A stretch of 64,000 nt of DNA, from assembly GCA_951406725.2 (NCBI GenBank), contig OX597821.1, forward strand, positions 114,142,001-114,206,000, written 5' to 3'. The stretch is from Octopus vulgaris (lineage: Eukaryota). Below the pieces are notes generated by a model. The model was not told where the DNA came from and searched no databases. It worked only from the letters and a program-made list of their open reading frames with translations. Numbering within the stretch: the stretch's first letter is position 1; the number at the start of each line of letters is the position of its first letter. Made by a program: the position numbers and the translations under genes. Below are positions 57,867 through 64,000 of this stretch, piece by piece.

Positions 57867-58048
57867 AAACGGGTTATATATTGAAATGACCGGAAGGGAA
57901 TGGGTGGAGAAAAGTTCTTTCTAAGACAGGCAAGTGCGAGAGAAGAAGGTATGTGTGTGTATATGTGGGTATGTGTGTGCGAGCAGGTCTGTGTCTGTGT
58001 GTGTGTAATGATAGCACGTGTATGTGCGTATGTGTGTGTGTGGTTATA

Positions 58049-58173
58049 CAGGGTGTCCACAAAGTCTGGGTACATGGGGATTAACACATACTTTAAGAAA
58101 TTATTATTTCTTATATTTAATTGTTTGTTATGACTTTATTTACTCCATGTACCCAGACTTTGTAAACACCCTG
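58049..58173. mobile_element. Tc1/mariner-type MITE
   Basis: TIR CAGGGTGTCCACAAAGTCTGGGTACATGG / CCATGTACCCAGACTTTGTAAACACCCTG, TA TSD. Confidence 0.88.
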
Positions 58174-58238
58174 TATATATATACATATATATACATGTAT
58201 ATATATACATGTATATATATGTGTGTGTGTGGGTGTGG

Positions 58239-58269
<31 letters not shown>

Positions 58270-58411
58270 TGTGTGTGTGTGTAAGAGTGTGTGTGTGTGT
58301 GTTTGTGTGTAAGAGTGTGTGTGTGTGCATGGATTGGTACTTCTAATGCTCTCGCCCTCATCTCTGTCTCTAAAATTCCGTTATTCAAGCCCTTTTCACT
58401 ATACGATTTCA

Positions 58412-58642
58412 AGGCGGCGAGCTGGCAGAAACGTTAGCACGCAGGACGAAATGCGTAGCCGTATTTTGTCTGTCGTTACGTTCCGAGTTCAAATTCCACC
58501 GAGGTCGACTTTGCCTTTCATCCTTTCGCGGTCGATTAAATAAGTACCAGTTACGCACTGGGGTCGATATAATCGACTTAATCCGTTTGTCTGTCCTTGT
58601 TTGTCCTCTCTGTGTTTAGCCCCTTGTGGGTAGTAAAGAAAT
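58412..58642 (+). mobile_element. SINE family B
   Basis: Similar to 7864. Confidence 0.88.
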
Positions 58643-58755
58643 ATATCTGCTTTTAACTCTCCATTTCTTATTCTCTCTCTCATCCTATATTTCTTTTCTT
58701 CTCTATAGTCCTCTGCATCTATTTCTTTCCCGTTCTCTCTAGGTCCTCCTCCCTG

Positions 58756-58794
<39 letters not shown>

Positions 58795-59202
58795 ACAGAA
58801 AAAAAAAGCATGTACACATTAGCTTTCCTGCTCAATTAATTACTTCTAATCCCTGTCGTTATTCTAGAGGTGAGACATTATTATTATGAAGGTCGTTTGT
58901 CAATATACTCTGACACGAACTGACAATGTGATCCGCTTGCTAATTTGTCTGAGTGGACAGTTTAATCCAGGCGTGTTTACTAACGATCCTAAACATCATT
59001 GGTTCGTACACTGGTACAACTGAGTGAACCAATGCACAGGGATATTTTTAGCATTTTTTGCTCTCTGTTATTGTATTTGTGTTGAGGTGTAAATCTCACG
59101 GTCAACACAAGACGCAATAAAGTCTATTGAACGAAATAATCCGTTTATTTAAATTCACCAACATTCACACAGAAACATGCATAGAAATATGTGTGCCTGT
59201 AT

Positions 59203-59490
59203 ATCTCTTATTATAAAAGGCAGATTTTATCTGCCTCCCTTTGGGAGTTATACAAATCTACAATATAGCATTTCTTCAATTACAATTTACCTAGCATTTT
59301 TAAGAGTACAATGCATCGCGTCATGCCAGGTCCAGTTTTTAAAATTTAAACTCCAATTAAGCAAAATTTACAGAAAACTCACATTCTGGTGTGTGTGTCA
59401 AATGCTTTTCTTAGTCTGGTTTACACCACACGCAAACGCACACACACAGTGGGCAACGAATAAAATGAAAGTAATTCACTTACTGTAGTG
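59203..59490 (+). mobile_element. Possible Helitron 5' fragment
   Basis: A|TCTCTTATTATAAAAG start resembling the 60778 Helitron 5' end; no CTRR end identified. Confidence 0.4.
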
Positions 59491-59718
59491 AGTGATTCTT
59501 TCACACTGACTCCCACTTCCTCTTTCCACACATAGACACGCAAATATATAAATAAAATTGTAAGCTAACGTGCGTGTGTGTGAGTGTGTGTGTGTTTGTG
59601 TGCGCGTGTGTGTGTGTGTGAGGGTGCGTGTGTGTGTGTGTGTGTGTGCGTGTGCGTGAGTGTGTGACAGGAAAGTTTTTTACGACGAATATAAGACCTA
59701 TATCCAAGTAGCAGAAAG

Positions 59719-59983
59719 ATAAGACAGTAAGGTGTGATTTGAGGGAGATTTGGCTGCTATTTCTACCATGTCTAGCTGCCATGTAGGGGTCTCCCTCATA
59801 GGCTCATACATACATATATACATAGATAAGACAGTAAGGTGTGATTTGGGGGAAATTTGGCTGCTATTTCTACCAGGTCTACCTACCATGTAGAGGTCCC
59901 CCTCATTGGCTCATATATATATACATACATAAGACAGTAAGGTGTGATTTGAGGGAGATTTGGCTGCTGTTTCTACCAGGTCT
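59719..59983. repeat. ~105-bp tandem repeat, 2.5 copies
   Basis: ATAAGACAGTAAGGTGTGATTTG...GGCTGCT at ~59719, 59826, 59929. Confidence 0.9.
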
Positions 59984-60350
59984 GTTAGGCCTTCTCATGT
60001 AAACTCAAGCTTTCTCATGCCTTGAACATAAGACCAAAGCAGAGAATGTATTCTTTTATTCTTCTGCTTTTTCCAGCCATTGGTCTGTGGCCATGCTGGG
60101 GCAATGCCTTGAAGAATTGTAGTTTAATGAATCAACTCCAGTTTTCTTTTTGTAAGCATTGTACTTATTCTATCTGTTTCCTTTGTCAAACCACTAGGTG
60201 ACAGGGATGTAAACAAACCAACATTCGTTGTCAAGCAGTGGTGGAGGACAATCACAAGCACAGACACGAACACACACACACATACATGCATACACATATA
60301 CACACATACATACATACATACATATATATATATATATGTGTGTATATATA

Positions 60351-60672
60351 TTGCAGCGTGGAAGTTGTTTGTAAGCCATTTAAGAAACACACAAAAACCG
60401 TTACATTCACTTCAACATTTAAATTTAATTTGCCAAAATATTTTCATCGCTTTGAGACCGCGACCTGTTCACTGACAAAAATATCGTGCTAACAGGTCGC
60501 GGTCTCAAAGCGACGAAAATATTTTGACAAATTAAATTTAAATGTTGAAGTGAATCTAACGGTTTTTGTGTGTTTCTTAAATGGCTTATAAACACCTTCA
60601 ACGCTGCAACTGTTTTCGTTCCAGCACACGATCTCAGATCAAGTCACTTGCTATGCAAGTACATCTCTGTAA
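60351..60672. mobile_element. Fold-back element with G3-C8 hammerhead (60429-60479, minus)
   Basis: Arms ~60351-60469 / 60491-60609; UUUGUCA-GUGAACA-G-GUCGC..GCGAU-GAAAA-UA-UUU-UGGCAAA. Confidence 0.75.
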
Positions 60673-60777
60673 CTATATATATATTTATATATATATATAT
60701 ATATATATGTATATTGGTAAAAACAGTAAGATAACAAAAGAAAGAAAGAGACCTCAATATTATGTAAATAGAGGAAA

Positions 60778-61170
60778 TCTTTATATATAAAAGTGAGGTT
60801 GTGTGTCTGTCTCCTACGATTTAGATTCCTAACTACTCCCACATTTTGCGGTGCAGTTTAACCAAAACCGGGTATCTTATAGTCGTGATTCATATCGAGA
60901 CCGTCTGGGTATTAGCGCGCGTCTACGATGAGTCTATGATTTAAAAAAAAATTTACCATCAATTTTTCCCATTTTTAATCCATTTTTGACATATATAAGG
61001 GAAGTAACTCTCTAAAATTTATTATTAAATCTCAGAACGTAAAAAGCTACAGTAACACCCCTCCCCCTTTGTGGTTAGCCAGATTGAGATGGCTATTATA
61101 CTTTACATCTCTAAAAATGCTTATATAATTATTTCCCTTACAAACCCGAGCAAGGCCGGCGATACTGCTA

Positions 61171-61171
<1 letters not shown>
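60778..61171 (+). mobile_element. Complete non-autonomous Helitron
   Basis: A|TC...CTAG|T termini, subterminal hairpin CCCGAGCAAGGCCGG. Confidence 0.9.
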
Positions 61172-61232
<61 letters not shown>

Positions 61233-61254
61233 GTGAAAAGGAACACACGAGTTG

Positions 61255-62131
61255 ATATATATGAAAAAACAAGTCAAAAATAGAAAATGCTAAAATAATT
61301 TTATAGTGAACATTTCAGTACCGGTTTCGGTCATTTTGAGACCTTTTCAACTGTAACGATTAAATAATTAAATTTAGAAAAATTAGAAGAAAAGTTTTTT
61401 TAAAAGAATATTTCTATAGTAGTGTTCAGATTTAAGTGGCATTCTGCCTTTCTCTGACTCCCTTGTTTGCACTTGTGTGTCGGAGGTCGTTGTGAGTTCT
61501 TGGTAGGGTAGTAGAGGAAGAAGGCTGGTGAGGAAAGGGGGGTGGGAGAATCTGGGAGTGCCCTGATGATCGTATTTTGAATGGTCAGTGGCGGCTGGCA
61601 GTCTCAGTTCAATTCAGGAGAATATTTATATTGACAGGCTTGTTTATAGAATTAGCGTAGGTGTTATACTAAAAAACATTAGTGACAAAGTTAAGGGGTA
61701 GTTAAGGGTCACTAATGTTTTTTAGTATAACACCTACGCTAATTCTATAAACAAGCCTGTCAATATAAATATTCTCCTGAATTGAACTGAGACTGCCAGC
61801 CGCCACTGACCATTCAAAATACGACCATCAGAGCACTCCCAGATTCTCCCACCCCCTTTCCTCACCAGCCTTCTTCCTCTACTACCCTACCAAGAACTCA
61901 CAACGACCTCCGACACACAAGTGCAAACAAGGGAGTCAGAGAAAGGCAGAATGCCACTTAAATCTGAACACTACTATAGAAATATTCTTTTAAAAAAACT
62001 TTTCTTCTAATTTTTCTAAATTTAATTATTTAATCGTTACAGTTGAAAAGGTCTCAAAATGACCGAAACCGGTACTGAAATGTTCACTATAAAATTATTT
62101 TAGCATTTTCTATTTTTGACTTGTTTTTTCA

Positions 62132-62137
<6 letters not shown>
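61255..62137. mobile_element. Large fold-back Penelope-like element (~430-bp arms, ~20-bp spacer) with U3-A8 hammerheads
   Basis: Near-perfect arms; hammerheads at 61313-61356 (-) and 62037-62080 (+); ILLN*TETASRH remnant resembles PLE ORF C-terminus. Confidence 0.88.
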
Positions 62138-62171
<34 letters not shown>

Positions 62172-62187
62172 TGTATATATATACATT

Positions 62188-62283
<96 letters not shown>

Positions 62284-62286
<3 letters not shown>

Positions 62287-62490
62287 AAAAAAAGTCAAGG
62301 GAGGAAATGCTAAAATCATTTTTAAAAAAACATTTTTTCAGTACCGGTTTCGGTCACTAAGACTTTAAAGTATGAAAAACAATTAAATTTTGGAAAAATT
62401 AAGTGAAAATTCTATTACAATATTTGCATAGTATTCAAAGACAAGGGGCATTTTCTTTCTTTCTGCCTGTCTCTGTCTCTCTTGTTTACT
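62284..62490 (-). mobile_element. Diverged partial copy of the 61255 family
   Basis: AAAAAAGTCAA..AAATGCTAAAAT..TTCAGTACCGGTTTCGGTCA. Confidence 0.65.
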
Positions 62491-62519
62491 CGACGTATGT
62501 ATATGTACATATACATATA

Positions 62520-62670
62520 CATTCCCAACTACATGGTTCCAGGTTCAGTCCCACTGCGGAGCACCTTGGGCAAGTGTCTTCTACTATAGACACGGGCCTA
62601 CCAAAACCTTGTGAATGGATTTGATAGACGGAAACTGAAAGAAGCCCGTCGCATATACATATATATATAT

Positions 62671-62745
<75 letters not shown>

Positions 62746-62920
62746 TGTATGTATGTATGCATGTATGTATTTGTATGTATGTATTTGTGTATCTGTGTTT
62801 GTAGCATCGCTTGATAACCGATGTCGGTGTGTTTACGTCCCAGTAACTTAGCGGTTCGGTAAAAGAGAGAATAAATCATGGCCGCAGTCAAATGACTGAA
62901 ACAATTAGAAGAATAAAAGA
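62520..62920 (+). mobile_element. SINE family A, partly deleted
   Basis: Head and tail motifs. Confidence 0.8.
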
Positions 62921-62929
62921 ATGTGTGTG

Positions 62930-63116
62930 TGTAGGGAGAATTCACAAAAAAAAAACACAAGATGAAGGCAGGTGGTGTAGACAACAAACAGATGTATTAG
63001 TATAACGCTCGGGAAGCGAAAAAGTCTTTCACTTTTCGAGCCTAAGCTCTTCCACAGAAAGGAACACAGAAAGAAACAAGGAGAGAAAATAAAGATTGTG
63101 TAGCGGCTAGTGATCA
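62930..63116 (-). mobile_element. Hammerhead-like short repeat related to the 10630 family
   Basis: CUUU-CUGUGGA-A-GAGC(UUAG)GCUC-GAAAA-GUG-AAAG at 63026-63061. Confidence 0.6.
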
Positions 63117-63657
63117 CGCTGCGCCCAGTTACATACGCGTATGTGTATGCACGTAAACATACTTATCACATACACATTGCTCATGCCTACACACACAAAT
63201 GTATACGCACATGCAGTCACATATATATATATATATACACACAAACGCATGTATTGCACTGACACATACAAACGTTCACAGGTTCACAGGCAAACCACCC
63301 TCGCGTGTAACCGTTCTACTAATGTTCTCCCAGTTAGATTCCACTGTCTGCTAGATACCATTTAATATTACAATTGGCAGCGATTGCATCCTTCTATTGG
63401 CATCGAATTCTTGTGAAATACTCCGAATTACAAGTATTTAGAGCCCCGAACTAGTTACACCTGTTGAAAGATAACTGCTGAGAAGCGGTCCTTCCTCTGT
63501 GATGCATTGCAGCTGGATACCTACCAACAATCTGTCTTATTTTTATGTGTCCCAACACTGTTACCTTCTCATGTACACACTCACACATACACTCACGCAC
63601 ACACTCTCACACATACATACACTTAGACACACAGACACACAGACACACAGACACACA

Positions 63658-63695
<38 letters not shown>

Positions 63696-63855
63696 AATAC
63701 ACATTTTACTTAGCAGGAGTTATATAAACACTCAGCATAGATCAATGTTAAACTCTACATCCTAGCTCGTTCTGTCAGAAATAGCAAGCAAATCTCTCTC
63801 TCTTTTTCTCTCTTTATCTTTATCTCTCTCTTTCTCTCTCTCTTACTCTCTCTCT

Positions 63856-63899
<44 letters not shown>

Positions 63900-64000
63900 T
63901 TCTCTGTCGTCTTAAAAAGAAAAAATGAAAGCACTGGAAAATTTAGACCTAGAAACTCTGTCTGAAAAACAAAGATGGGATGGTCACGACTAGAATTCCT

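Overview
AT-rich, microsatellite-dense eukaryotic DNA, most likely an octopus/cephalopod intergenic or intronic region (inferred from recalled SINE families and repeat content; no database search was run). No intact host protein-coding gene is recognisable, and nearly all listed ORFs are microsatellite translations. The window is a mosaic of decayed transposons: mariner, pogo, maT/Tc1, Merlin, Chapaev3 and Helitron DNA elements; CR1, RTE, CRE and R4-type LINE fragments; and four tRNA-type SINE families. The most striking structure is a set of about a dozen unrelated short elements, mostly fold-back palindromes often sitting in (TA)n tracts, that carry minimal type-I hammerhead ribozyme folds with self-complementary stem III. 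These are probably Penelope-like pseudo-LTR remnants. Their catalytic cores vary systematically: canonical CUGANGA, U4C (CCGANGA) in four unrelated families, and compensatory U3-A8 and G3-C8 swaps. There is also a two-copy tRNA-head + hammerhead SINE-like chimera and a ~2.1 kb palindrome centred on a (TA)n tract, which may be an assembly artefact. All RNA folds were assigned by eye.
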